NCBI RefSeq assembly: GCF_001945605.1
Contig: NZ_MPKA01000067.1
Coordinates: 60,001 to 92,000 of the forward strand
Reading direction: 5' to 3'
Length of the DNA stretch: 32,000 nt
Source: Dubosiella newyorkensis
Lineage (GTDB): Bacteria > Bacillota_I > Bacilli_A > Erysipelotrichales > Erysipelotrichaceae
Made by a program: the position numbers and the translations under genes. Each line of letters begins with the position of its first letter. Positions within the stretch are counted from its first letter, which is position 1. Below, piece after piece: positions 15,999 to 24,230 of this stretch. The notes below the pieces were generated by a model. That model was not told where the DNA came from, did no database searches, and worked only from the letters and a program-made list of their open reading frames with translations.

Positions 15999-17366
15999 TT
16001 ATTTTAAAAACAATTGGATGATAGCTTCTTTTCCTTTTGTATATGGCCGATACGGGATCGGAAGATCGAGAAGCGAAGAAGAGCGGAGCACGCTCTTTTG
16101 ATGACTGAACCGCTCAAAGCCATATTTTCCATGGTAATGGCCCAAGCCCGAACTTTGTAAACCGCCAAAAGGCAAATGGATATTCGCCAGATGAAGGATC
16201 GTGTTGTTCACACAGCTTCCTCCGCATGGAAACGTATTCTCGAATTGTTGAATATGCGCTTTGTTTTTGGAGAACAAATAGGCGGCTAATGGGTGCGGCT
16301 TGTTGGCCAACGTATTGAGCAAATCATCGAAATCTTCATATTCATAAATTGGCAAGAGCGGTCCAAAGATCTCCTCTAGATCGAGGGCGCTATCTTTTTT
16401 GACATTTTCTATTAGAGTAGGCGCGATCTGCAGGCTGTCTTCATCGTATTCGCCTCCATAGACGATTTCTCCATCGGCAAGCAGGCTGCGTACTCTTTCA
16501 AAGTGTTTTTGGTCGATGATCTTCCCCATCGCTTTCAAGTTTGGATATTGAAGGCGGATCTGGTGTTCGATCTGCTGAAGAAGCGCTCTTTTTTGGGAGC
16601 GATGCACATAGACATGATCAACCGCCACACATGTCTGCCCCGCGTTCAAAAACTTGCCAAAGACGATCTTTTTGGCCGCCAAGACTAAATTGACTTCTTG
16701 GTCGACGATGCATGGCGACTTGCCTCCGAGCTCTAAAGTGATGGGCACTAAATGTTCGCTGGCTGCCTTCATGACCTCCTGTCCTACTTTGGGCGATCCT
16801 GTAAAAAAGATCGAATCTACATTTTGGTGAAAGAGCGCTTGGTTTTCTTGACGTCCGCCTTGCACGACTTCGACATAGGAAGCGGGAAAAACTTGATGCA
16901 CGATTTCTTCGATCACGCGGCTTGTATGGGCTGAATAGTTGCTTGGCTTCAAGATCACGGTATTGCCGGCTACTAAGGCTTCGATCATAGGCTGCATCGA
17001 CAAAAGAAACGGATAATTCCATGGAGAAACAATCAAGACGCAGCCATAAGGGATCGAGATGATCTTCGAACAGGACGGAAAAAGGAACAAAGGCGTAGGC
17101 ACTCTTTTGGGCTTGGCTAAACGATCCAAGTGCTTGAGCATAAAATCGATCGACTCATAGACGAGGCCGATCTCGCACATATAGGCTTCCATCTTCTCTT
17201 TTCCTAAATCGAGCCATAGCGCTTCTTCTACTTGTTTTTGTTGACGCTGGATTTCTTTTTTCAGTTGTTTGAGTTTTTCTTTGCGAAAAGCAAGCGACAA
17301 TGTTCGATGGGTATTGAACATCGCTTTTTGTTTTTCGACAAGCGATTTTATTTTTTGAGGTTCCAT
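15999..17366 (-). CDS. NAD(P)-dependent aldehyde dehydrogenase (class-3-like)
   Basis: Catalytic motifs LELGGKSP and NAGQTCVAVD. Start uncertain. The ORF track begins at 17402, but I prefer MEPQKIK at 17366, which gives 455 aa (typical length) and leaves room for the divergent promoter at 17404-17431. Confidence 0.8.
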   Translation of the reverse strand: MEPQKIKSLVEKQKAMFNTHRTLSLAFRKEKLKQLKKEIQRQQKQVEEALWLDLGKEKMEAYMCEIGLVYESIDFMLKHLDRLAKPKRVPTPLFLFPSCSKIISIPYGCVLIVSPWNYPFLLSMQPMIEALVAGNTVILKPSNYSAHTSRVIEEIVHQVFPASYVEVVQGGRQENQALFHQNVDSIFFTGSPKVGQEVMKAASEHLVPITLELGGKSPCIVDQEVNLVLAAKKIVFGKFLNAGQTCVAVDHVYVHRSQKRALLQQIEHQIRLQYPNLKAMGKIIDQKHFERVRSLLADGEIVYGGEYDEDSLQIAPTLIENVKKDSALDLEEIFGPLLPIYEYEDFDDLLNTLANKPHPLAAYLFSKNKAHIQQFENTFPCGGSCVNNTILHLANIHLPFGGLQSSGLGHYHGKYGFERFSHQKSVLRSSSLLDLPIPYRPYTKGKEAIIQLFLK

Positions 17367-17403
17367 AAAACGATTATAGGCCGAAATCGAAAGAATTGCC
17401 ATT

Positions 17404-17431
17404 TTGATTGCCTATCCGAATACGGTAAAAT
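17404..17431 (+). promoter_or_regulatory. Promoter of the M32 carboxypeptidase gene
   Basis: TTGATT-16 nt-TAAAAT, 20 nt upstream of the ATG at 17452. Confidence 0.55.
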
Positions 17432-17451
17432 AGTTGTAATGGAGGAAAGTT

Positions 17452-18960
17452 ATGAAGCTACAATTTGAACCTTTTTATCAAGAGTATTTAGATGTGCTCG
17501 CCGCCTATGATCTTGCGAGCGCCACCATGTATACTGACCAGTGGACTGTAGCGCCTAAAGGGGGCATTCCGAATTCGAGCGCTAAAATGGCCACTTTGAG
17601 CAAACTCGCTTTTAAAGTCGAGAACGATCCCGAAACAGTGGAAAAGATCAAAGCGTATTATCAAACGCTGCCAGAAGGATCTCTCGAACAAAAAGAAGTC
17701 AAGATGCGTCTCGACGAGCTCGCTTTATCGCAAAACGCTTCGATCGAAGAATTCGAGGCGCTCACGAAAGCTCGCAACGAAGCTGAATACCAATGGCATC
17801 AAGCCAAAGAAAACAGCGACTATGCGGCGTTCAAGCCTTATTTGAAAGATTTGATGGAAAAATCGATCGCTTATCAAAAGCATTCTCCTAAGTTCACGGG
17901 CAACAATATTTATGATGTGTTCCTCGACGCTTACGAGCCAGAAATGAATGAAGAAAAATACGATGCTTTCTTTCAAGTCATCAAAGAAGAGCTTCCGCCT
18001 TTGATTCAAAAGATCCAAAAAAGCGGAAAAAAGATCGATGATCAGGCGTTGCGTGAAGAATTCGCGATCGAACGGCAAGAAAAATTCATGAATACGATCA
18101 TGGACTACTTACAAGTCGATCCAGACCGGGTCAGCTTAGGAACGACGGAGCATCCTTTCACGAACTTCCTTTCTCATAACGATATGCGGATCACGACGCA
18201 TTATTATCCAAATCGTTTTTTGAGTGCCATCCTCTCGACTGTGCATGAATATGGTCATGCCTTATATGGTCTTCAGATGAATGAAGCTTTTGAAGGAACG
18301 ATGCTCAATCATGGTGTCGGCTCGGCTGCCCACGAGTCGCAGTCACGCTTTTTAGAGAACCATATTGGGCGTTCCAAGGCGTTTTGGGAAGCGAATTATC
18401 CTGCGCTTGTCGAGCAGTTCCCGGAATTTGAAAACGTCTCGGTCGATGAATTGGTCGATATGATCAATCTCAGCAAGCCTGATCTCATTAGGACTGAAGC
18501 GGACGAGCTCACGTATCCGCTCCATATCTTGATTCGTTATGAACTTGAAAAAAAGATCGCGAATGGCGAAATGGATTATGATACGCTTCCTGAACAATGG
18601 GCTGATCTTTATGAAAAATATTTGGGCGTTCGTCCTAAAACGGATGCGGAAGGCGTCTTACAAGATGTGCATTGGTCCAATGGGTATTTAGGCTATTTTC
18701 CGACGTATGCTTTAGGCAGCGCTTACGCGGCCCAGATCTTTGCGGCGATGCAAAAACAAATCGATGTCGAACAAGTGCTCAAAGAAGGAAAGATGGAAGT
18801 GATCACGAATTGGCTCAAAGACAACGTGCACCATTATGCGGGTTCAAAAACGATGGCGGAGATCGTTGAACTCGTTTCAGGCGAGCCATTTGATCCGCAC
18901 TATTATGTGAACTATTTAAAAGATAAATATTCAAAACTTTATCAAATTCAAGAAGATTAA
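17452..18960 (+). CDS. Carboxypeptidase Taq-type (M32 metallopeptidase)
   Basis: 502 aa. Zinc motif VHEYGHALY (HExxH), plus the HESQS and IRTEADELTY blocks characteristic of M32. SD GGAGGAAAG. Confidence 0.85.
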   Translation: MKLQFEPFYQEYLDVLAAYDLASATMYTDQWTVAPKGGIPNSSAKMATLSKLAFKVENDPETVEKIKAYYQTLPEGSLEQKEVKMRLDELALSQNASIEEFEALTKARNEAEYQWHQAKENSDYAAFKPYLKDLMEKSIAYQKHSPKFTGNNIYDVFLDAYEPEMNEEKYDAFFQVIKEELPPLIQKIQKSGKKIDDQALREEFAIERQEKFMNTIMDYLQVDPDRVSLGTTEHPFTNFLSHNDMRITTHYYPNRFLSAILSTVHEYGHALYGLQMNEAFEGTMLNHGVGSAAHESQSRFLENHIGRSKAFWEANYPALVEQFPEFENVSVDELVDMINLSKPDLIRTEADELTYPLHILIRYELEKKIANGEMDYDTLPEQWADLYEKYLGVRPKTDAEGVLQDVHWSNGYLGYFPTYALGSAYAAQIFAAMQKQIDVEQVLKEGKMEVITNWLKDNVHHYAGSKTMAEIVELVSGEPFDPHYYVNYLKDKYSKLYQIQED

Positions 18961-18980
18961 ACGAAGCGTTTTTAGACTCG

Positions 18981-19019
18981 AGAAGATTCTCTTTGGAGCA
19001 TAGAGAATCTTCTTTTTTG
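18981..19019 (+). terminator. Terminator of the M32 carboxypeptidase gene
   Basis: 12-bp stem AGAAGATTCTCT / AGAGAATCTTCT with a 9-nt loop, followed by TTTTTGT. Confidence 0.85.
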
Positions 19020-19046
19020 TTTCTTTGGTTTAGTCGGATCCTGATA

Positions 19047-19099
19047 ATCGTGAGAAATTTTAACCTAATCGTGAGATTTATCGTGAGAATTCTCACGAT
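19047..19099. repeat. Four ATCGTGAGA half-sites (three direct, one inverted), including the perfect 20-bp palindrome ATCGTGAGAATTCTCACGAT
   Basis: Copies begin at 19047, 19068 and 19080. The inverted copy completes the palindrome at 19080-19099, which is followed by TTCTTTTTTT. Confidence 0.8.
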
Positions 19100-19135
19100 T
19101 CTTTTTTTGACTCTGACTTCCTTTAGCCAGATAAC

Positions 19136-19158
19136 TAAAAAAGAGCCCAACGGGCTCT
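19136..19158 (-). terminator. Orphan rho-independent terminator with no annotated gene upstream
   Basis: AGAGCCC-GTT-GGGCTCT hairpin followed by a T6 run on the minus strand. It lies about 150 nt downstream of the thioredoxin terminator. Confidence 0.65.
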
Positions 19159-19309
19159 GCATCCGGCTCCCTCATCGATCTGGACATACAATGGGAATTC
19201 TTGGTGTACCAAAAAAGAGAAAGTCTGAATGCAACTGATATGATACCGAATTTTCTTCGATTTCTACGAAAAGTGGAAAAGATAGTCGTTGAATGTGCCT
19301 TTTTGGTCA

Positions 19310-19336
19310 AAAAAAAGGAGTTTTTTCAAACTCCTC
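19310..19336 (-). terminator. Terminator of the thioredoxin gene
   Basis: AGGAGTT-TGAAAA-AACTCCT hairpin followed by T8 on the minus strand, 13 nt after the stop codon. Confidence 0.8.
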
Positions 19337-19348
19337 ATCTCTTTAAAT

Positions 19349-19675
19349 TTAGGCTGCCTTTTTTTCAGCTTCGTCGAGCCAAGCCATCAATTGTGGTTCT
19401 GGCAAGTAACCGGACATTGCGGTAACACCTTTTCCATCTTTGAAGTAAATCAAAGTAGGAACGCTCATGACTTTGAAGGCGCTGGCGATATCTGGGAATT
19501 TATCAATATCGCATTTAACGATCTCTACTTTTCCTTCTACTTTTTTAGATACCGATTCAAGAACGGGTGTCAACATTTTACAAGGTCCGCACCATTCTGC
19601 GAAGAAATCGACAAGCACATTGCCTTTTCCAACATATTCTTTAAACTGATCTATACTTTCAACATATTTTACCAT
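19349..19675 (-). CDS. trxA: Thioredoxin
   Basis: WCGPC active site. I chose start MVKYVESID (ATG 19675), 7 nt after the GGAGGA SD. This gives 108 aa. Confidence 0.9.
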   Translation of the reverse strand: MVKYVESIDQFKEYVGKGNVLVDFFAEWCGPCKMLTPVLESVSKKVEGKVEIVKCDIDKFPDIASAFKVMSVPTLIYFKDGKGVTAMSGYLPEPQLMAWLDEAEKKAA

Positions 19676-19736
19676 ATACATATCCTCCATCTATGTCCAT
19701 CTTAATCATTTCTAAAACAAAGCGCTATTCATACGC

Positions 19737-21113
19737 TCAATTCTCTAACTTCTCTTGATATGAAAAGAGAGGCGTGCAATACGCTCCATCAAAACAAGCG
19801 GTACATAAGCCAACGTGGCCAGCTGCTTCCTTGAGCTCCTCGACAGACATGAACTTCAAAGAGTCCGCCTCAATATAGTCTTTGATCTGCTCCTCGCTCA
19901 TGCGCGCTCCGATCAGCTCCTCTTTCGTGCTCGTATCCACCCCATAAAAACAAGGGGAAGTGATGATCGGCGAAGCGATTCGCACATGCACTTCTTTGGC
20001 GCCCGCTTCTTTGAGCAGTCGAACGATCCTGCGTGAAGTCGTGCCCCGAACGATCGAATCATCGATCATGACGACGCGTTTGCCCTCGATCACATCTTTG
20101 ATCGGAGAAAGTTTCATACGCACGCCCCGATCACGCAACGCTTGGGTCGGTTGAATAAAAGTTCGGGTCACGAACCGATTTTTAACAAGCCCTTGCTCCA
20201 ATTCGATCCCCGCACATTCAGCATATCCGATCGCTGCCGAAAGCGAAGAATCTGGGACCCCGACGACAAGGTCGGCCTCGATCCAATCGTTCTTGGCCAA
20301 CAACCGTCCTGTCTCTTTTCGAAAGGCGTGGACGTTGATCGATTCGATGTCGCTGTCTGGACGCGCAAAATAAATATATTCCATCGCGCACATATATTGG
20401 AACGAAGGAAGGGCGTATCGTTCTCTCGAAACGATTCCCTTATAAAAGCGGACGATCTCGCCAGGCAAGATCTCTGTATGCTCGTACAAGCCAAGAATAT
20501 CGAGAGCGCACGTTTCCGAAGCGATCACATAGCCATCTTCCATTTTTGAAAAGGAAAGCGGACGAAGTCCTTTTTGGTCCCGGACCGCGATCAATTCATC
20601 TTCGCCCATCACGATCAAAGAAAACGCGCCCACAAGCTTGGCCGCTGTCTTCTTTACCCGCTCATAGAGGCTGCCTTTTTCTTTTTGAATATTGTGAAGG
20701 ATGATCTCGCTATCGCTCGTGCCTTGAAAGATGCATCCTTCTTTTTCTAATTCGACGCGAAGCTCTTTCTCGTTGACGATCTGTCCATTGTGCACGACAG
20801 CGACTTGCTCTTTCAATCCGCGCGCGACGATCGGCTGGATATTCGCGTTTTCTTGCCCTCCGGCTGTCGAATACCGAACATGTCCGACCGCTGTTTCGCC
20901 CTTCAGCTTTTTAAGACTCTCCTTTGTAAAGAGATCGATCGTTAATCCTTTTCCTTTTTGGATCGAGATCTTTCCTTGATCCATCACGGCGATCCCGCTC
21001 GCTTCTTGACCACGATGCTGCAAAGTATGCAGTCCATAATACGTTATAAGGGAAGCTTGTGGCAGACGATAGGCGCCAAAGACGCCGCACTCTTCATGGA
21101 TTTCATCAAACAC
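19737..21113 (-). CDS. purF: Amidophosphoribosyltransferase
   Basis: 458 aa. N-terminal propeptide followed by CGVFG catalytic Cys, a PRPP-binding VVMIDDSIVRGTT loop and C-terminal Fe-S cysteines. GTG start, 8 nt after the GAAGGAGGA SD. Confidence 0.9.
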   Translation of the reverse strand: MFDEIHEECGVFGAYRLPQASLITYYGLHTLQHRGQEASGIAVMDQGKISIQKGKGLTIDLFTKESLKKLKGETAVGHVRYSTAGGQENANIQPIVARGLKEQVAVVHNGQIVNEKELRVELEKEGCIFQGTSDSEIILHNIQKEKGSLYERVKKTAAKLVGAFSLIVMGEDELIAVRDQKGLRPLSFSKMEDGYVIASETCALDILGLYEHTEILPGEIVRFYKGIVSRERYALPSFQYMCAMEYIYFARPDSDIESINVHAFRKETGRLLAKNDWIEADLVVGVPDSSLSAAIGYAECAGIELEQGLVKNRFVTRTFIQPTQALRDRGVRMKLSPIKDVIEGKRVVMIDDSIVRGTTSRRIVRLLKEAGAKEVHVRIASPIITSPCFYGVDTSTKEELIGARMSEEQIKDYIEADSLKFMSVEELKEAAGHVGLCTACFDGAYCTPLFSYQEKLEN

Positions 21114-21151
21114 GACTCACGTCCTCCTTCAATCAATGGCTTTATTATACC

Positions 21152-21613
21152 TCAAAGGACCTTTTTTGTGACCACATCTCGAAGGTCGATTTTATAAAAC
21201 CCTAAAGAAGGATCGCTCAATATGTGATCGAACTCGATTTCTTCTTTTTGAAAGCCGCAATGCTCTAAGAGCGCGAAAAGCGCTTGTTCTTTTTCTTTGC
21301 CAGAAACTTCTTGGACGCGGCCGATCGCTCGCAACGACTCGAAACATGGAGTATAGTGCCGATCATCGATCCGATAGCCGCAAAGACGATCGATAAGGAT
21401 GCTGACTTCCAGCTCGTACTTGAACACTTCCATTTTACGACCTTCTTTTTTGCTGCAGAAAAAGAGCGTGATCTCTTCATTGCGATCGATGAATCCATAA
21501 GAAACGGGCTGGATAAAATATCCCGATTCATCTTGAAGTCCCATATGCAAGATCTGGCAACGTTCTAAGATCTTATGGATCTCGTCGCGCTTATTCGTAA
21601 ACCTCTTTTTCAT
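21152..21613 (-). CDS. Pyridoxamine 5'-phosphate oxidase-like (Pyridox_ox_2/NimA-like) flavin-binding protein
   Basis: About 153 aa from start MKKRFTNKRDEIHKILE. Size and N-terminal pattern resemble the PNPOx split-barrel family. Overlaps the upstream gene end by 23 nt. The assignment is based on general pattern only. Confidence 0.55.
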   Translation of the reverse strand: MKKRFTNKRDEIHKILERCQILHMGLQDESGYFIQPVSYGFIDRNEEITLFFCSKKEGRKMEVFKYELEVSILIDRLCGYRIDDRHYTPCFESLRAIGRVQEVSGKEKEQALFALLEHCGFQKEEIEFDHILSDPSLGFYKIDLRDVVTKKVL

Positions 21614-22736
21614 GATCCTTCTCTTCCTTTTTCTTTTCTTCGTTTTCAAAGTGGATCCGCGCGAGCTTGTAGATGCTTGCCATGATCGGAATGCCTAAAA
21701 ACATACCAGGCACGCCCGCTAAGGAACCACCCACGACCACGGTGATCATGACATAAATGCCAGGAAGCCCAACTTGGCTGCCTACGACCCGTGGATAAAT
21801 GATATTGCTTTCGAATTGCTGCAAAATGCACAAATAGATCAAGAACACGACCGAAAGCCAAGGCGACACAGTGAAAACCATGAACATTCCGATCGCCCCA
21901 CCAATATAGGCACCAATCATCGGAATGATATTGATCACTCCGACCAGCGTGCCGATCATGAGCGGATACGGAAGCTTGAGAATAAACATGCCTAACGCGC
22001 ACGTCGAACCTAAAATCAGCGCTTCTAAACATTGTCCGCAAATAAAGGACGAAAAAGAATCATAAATGATATAGAGGGCGCGAGTGATCTTTTGTTCTGT
22101 TTCCGGCTTGAGCCACAAATTACATGCGCGATGATATAAACGGACAAATCGTTGTTTATCGAGCAGCACATAGATCGCGAAAATGATGACGATGATCAAA
22201 TTGACAATGCTTGTCACAACGGTTCCAACCATGCCTACAGCACTTCCGAGCATGTTCGATACCCCTGTTGTCGTGAAATGAACGAAATTCTTGACGACTT
22301 GTTCCCAGTCGATATCCATCGTTTCGATATAAGCGACGATTTGCGGATTGTCGGCAAACAGCTTTTTAAAGAACGTCTCTGTTTCTGAAAAATAGCCAGG
22401 AAGCACTTTGACCATGACTTCGCCTGCTTCGATCAAGGAAGGGACGACAAGCCAAACAAGAGCCGCCAACAACAAGATCACGATGACCAGCGACAAAAGC
22501 AAGGCGAGAGCCCGTTTGCTTTTGAGGATGAATTTCGAGTGCGACTTGGAAAGAAAATCCTCGATCGGGCGCATGATCAAATTGATCACGAACGCGAGCA
22601 TCGCGCCAAAGACTAAACTTGAGATCGCTCCCCAAAATGTTTTTAAAAGAGCAAGAACTTGATCAAGCCGCAAAACGAGAATCACAAGAGCTGTAATGCT
22701 TAAAAGCAGCTTCCAATTTATTTTTTCAGAACGCAT
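21591..22736 (-). CDS. AI-2E family transporter (PerM/YhhT, UPF0118)
   Basis: Polytopic membrane protein with family-typical architecture and a charged C-terminal tail. I chose start MRSEKINW (ATG 22736), which follows an AAAGGAAG SD. The ORF-track ATG at 22754 lies only about 12 nt from a TATAAT box. Confidence 0.7.
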   Translation of the reverse strand: MRSEKINWKLLLSITALVILVLRLDQVLALLKTFWGAISSLVFGAMLAFVINLIMRPIEDFLSKSHSKFILKSKRALALLLSLVIVILLLAALVWLVVPSLIEAGEVMVKVLPGYFSETETFFKKLFADNPQIVAYIETMDIDWEQVVKNFVHFTTTGVSNMLGSAVGMVGTVVTSIVNLIIVIIFAIYVLLDKQRFVRLYHRACNLWLKPETEQKITRALYIIYDSFSSFICGQCLEALILGSTCALGMFILKLPYPLMIGTLVGVINIIPMIGAYIGGAIGMFMVFTVSPWLSVVFLIYLCILQQFESNIIYPRVVGSQVGLPGIYVMITVVVGGSLAGVPGMFLGIPIMASIYKLARIHFENEEKKKEEKDHEKEVYE

Positions 22737-22818
22737 AGACGCACTTCCTTTCATTGAGTATTTTCATTATAACGAAGGCATTCCTAAATTGAGCTTGTAA
22801 TGCTTTTAGAGAATCTAT

Positions 22819-22853
22819 ACAAAACAGAAGAGAACTGATTCAGATCTCCTCTG
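22819..22853 (-). terminator. Terminator after the AlbA_2 gene
   Basis: 9-bp stem with one G-U pair (CAGAGGAGA / TCTCTTCTG), followed by TTTTG on the minus strand immediately after the stop codon. Confidence 0.6.
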
Positions 22854-24113
22854 TTAAATGCTTTTTGATAATAAGTAACCTGTGCTTCTTCCAACACCTG
22901 TTTTCTCGACGATATTCTTTTCAATCAAGTGATTTAAGATTGTTCTAGTTTTGGTCCGGCTGAACGGTGAAATCTTCATGATTTGGGACATTGTGTGAAT
23001 GCGCGTTGGACTCAGTTGTTCACAAATTATGCTTTCATCTTCACTTAATTCGATATGATCTTTGAATAAAGGAAGAGCAATCAAGATCGAGTGTTCACTG
23101 ATTAGAAATGTCGGTTGAGTGATGCTATTTTCATACGCTTGTCGGATTCGATAAATACCGGTCCCGAAAATTTCTACTAACTTTAAACGGAAAAATATAT
23201 TTCCAAGAATTCGATTTCTCAATACTGATCCATGTTTTCCTAAAAACTCCTCTTTCGTGATTTCGGAAGGAAGTCCTCCTGGTGAAAGTATTTCGATTCG
23301 ATCTTCAAACATTGAAACTTGAATGTTTCTTTTTGAATCCCATACACGATGGATCAGGGCATTCGCAATGGCTTCGCGAAAAGCGACTTCAGGAACTAAT
23401 TCTATTTTTTCCCGTTCGAATCCAGTAATGGTTTCATATTGATATTGTTCTTTATATATTTGTGCGACTTGATCATATTGAAGCAAAATCGATTGATTCA
23501 CAAAAGAAACTCTTTTCCAAATGATATTTTCATCCTTTCCAAATACAGCCACATCGATTCCTGGAAAAGTATTGCGATCTGCTAATATTTCTGCCGCAAG
23601 ATTGTACTTTTGATGTTTGTCATATAATTCCAGAGATTTTAATACATTTTCATTCATTTCTTGAATTCCTAACGTTTGTCGCAAATATTCCGCCAACGTT
23701 GAAAAAGTAAGATCTTCTTTTTGCGAGGGTAGTTCTTCAAACTCTAAATTCTTTCCTTCCAAGATCAATCTAGATAGCTCTAGATCATCTACTTCTATTG
23801 TGGCAGTGTCATTTCGTTTATACGCTTTTCCTTTATATCGATAAGGCGTATGTTCTCCCTTTTGAACATGTAGTTCAATTGTTGCATTTTCCAAGACTTC
23901 AAGCGAATATTCAGGTTGTGGATGAATATTATCATTGATTTGATTCTCAATATTCAAGCATAATTCTTCTGGATTCGAAATCGGAACGACCTTTCCTTGA
24001 TCATTCATCCCAAAAACAATAATCCCTCCTTCATAATTCGAAAAGGCACTCACAGTTTTCAAGTATTGGGGTGTCATTTTTTCTTTCCATTCAAGATTCT
24101 TATTTTCTTTCAT
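22854..24113 (-). CDS. AlbA_2 (Schlafen-like) domain protein with HATPase_c_4-like and C-terminal winged-HTH regions; often annotated as a RecG-like putative regulator
   Basis: 419 aa. N-terminal LEWKEKM...VSAFSNYEGGIIVFGMNDQG (AlbA_2 pattern), central REAIANALIHRVW...RIEILSPGGLP, and a C-terminal HTH-like tail. GC is visibly low and GATC is rarer than in neighbouring genes. Confidence 0.7.
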   Translation of the reverse strand: MKENKNLEWKEKMTPQYLKTVSAFSNYEGGIIVFGMNDQGKVVPISNPEELCLNIENQINDNIHPQPEYSLEVLENATIELHVQKGEHTPYRYKGKAYKRNDTATIEVDDLELSRLILEGKNLEFEELPSQKEDLTFSTLAEYLRQTLGIQEMNENVLKSLELYDKHQKYNLAAEILADRNTFPGIDVAVFGKDENIIWKRVSFVNQSILLQYDQVAQIYKEQYQYETITGFEREKIELVPEVAFREAIANALIHRVWDSKRNIQVSMFEDRIEILSPGGLPSEITKEEFLGKHGSVLRNRILGNIFFRLKLVEIFGTGIYRIRQAYENSITQPTFLISEHSILIALPLFKDHIELSEDESIICEQLSPTRIHTMSQIMKISPFSRTKTRTILNHLIEKNIVEKTGVGRSTGYLLSKSI

Positions 24114-24150
24114 AATATTCTCCTAGGCCTATTATAAACTTTTTGAGCAT

Positions 24151-24197
24151 GCGCGAAAAAATTTTCGCGCAAATTTATGCGCAAATCGCGCGCAAAA
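24151..24197. repeat. GCGC-A/T-tract repeat array upstream of the AlbA_2 gene
   Basis: Near-palindrome GCGCGAAAA-AA-TTTTCGCGC (24151-24170). It is followed by YGCGCAAA(T/A) direct repeats starting at 24166, 24178 and 24189, spaced 12 and 11 bp apart. Confidence 0.75.
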
Positions 24198-24223
24198 AAA
24201 AAGCCTTGACCTAAGCCAAGACT
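24194..24223 (-). terminator. Terminator after the TM-helix-repeat gene
   Basis: Modest 7-bp stem (AGTCTTG / CAAGGCT, one G-U pair) followed by a T9 run on the minus strand. Confidence 0.55.
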
Positions 24224-24230
24224 TCTTTCT

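Noticed and set aside
19047-19099. Short direct repeats, considered as a possible CRISPR array
   Set aside because: There are only three or four 9-10-bp units with 3-12-bp gaps. No 25-40-bp repeats, no unique spacers and no cas genes are present.
21114-21151. Purine riboswitch or PurR-box control upstream of purF
   Set aside because: The gap to the upstream gene is only 38 bp. It holds just a TATAAT box and the SD, which is too short for a riboswitch aptamer, and I could not recognise a PurBox.
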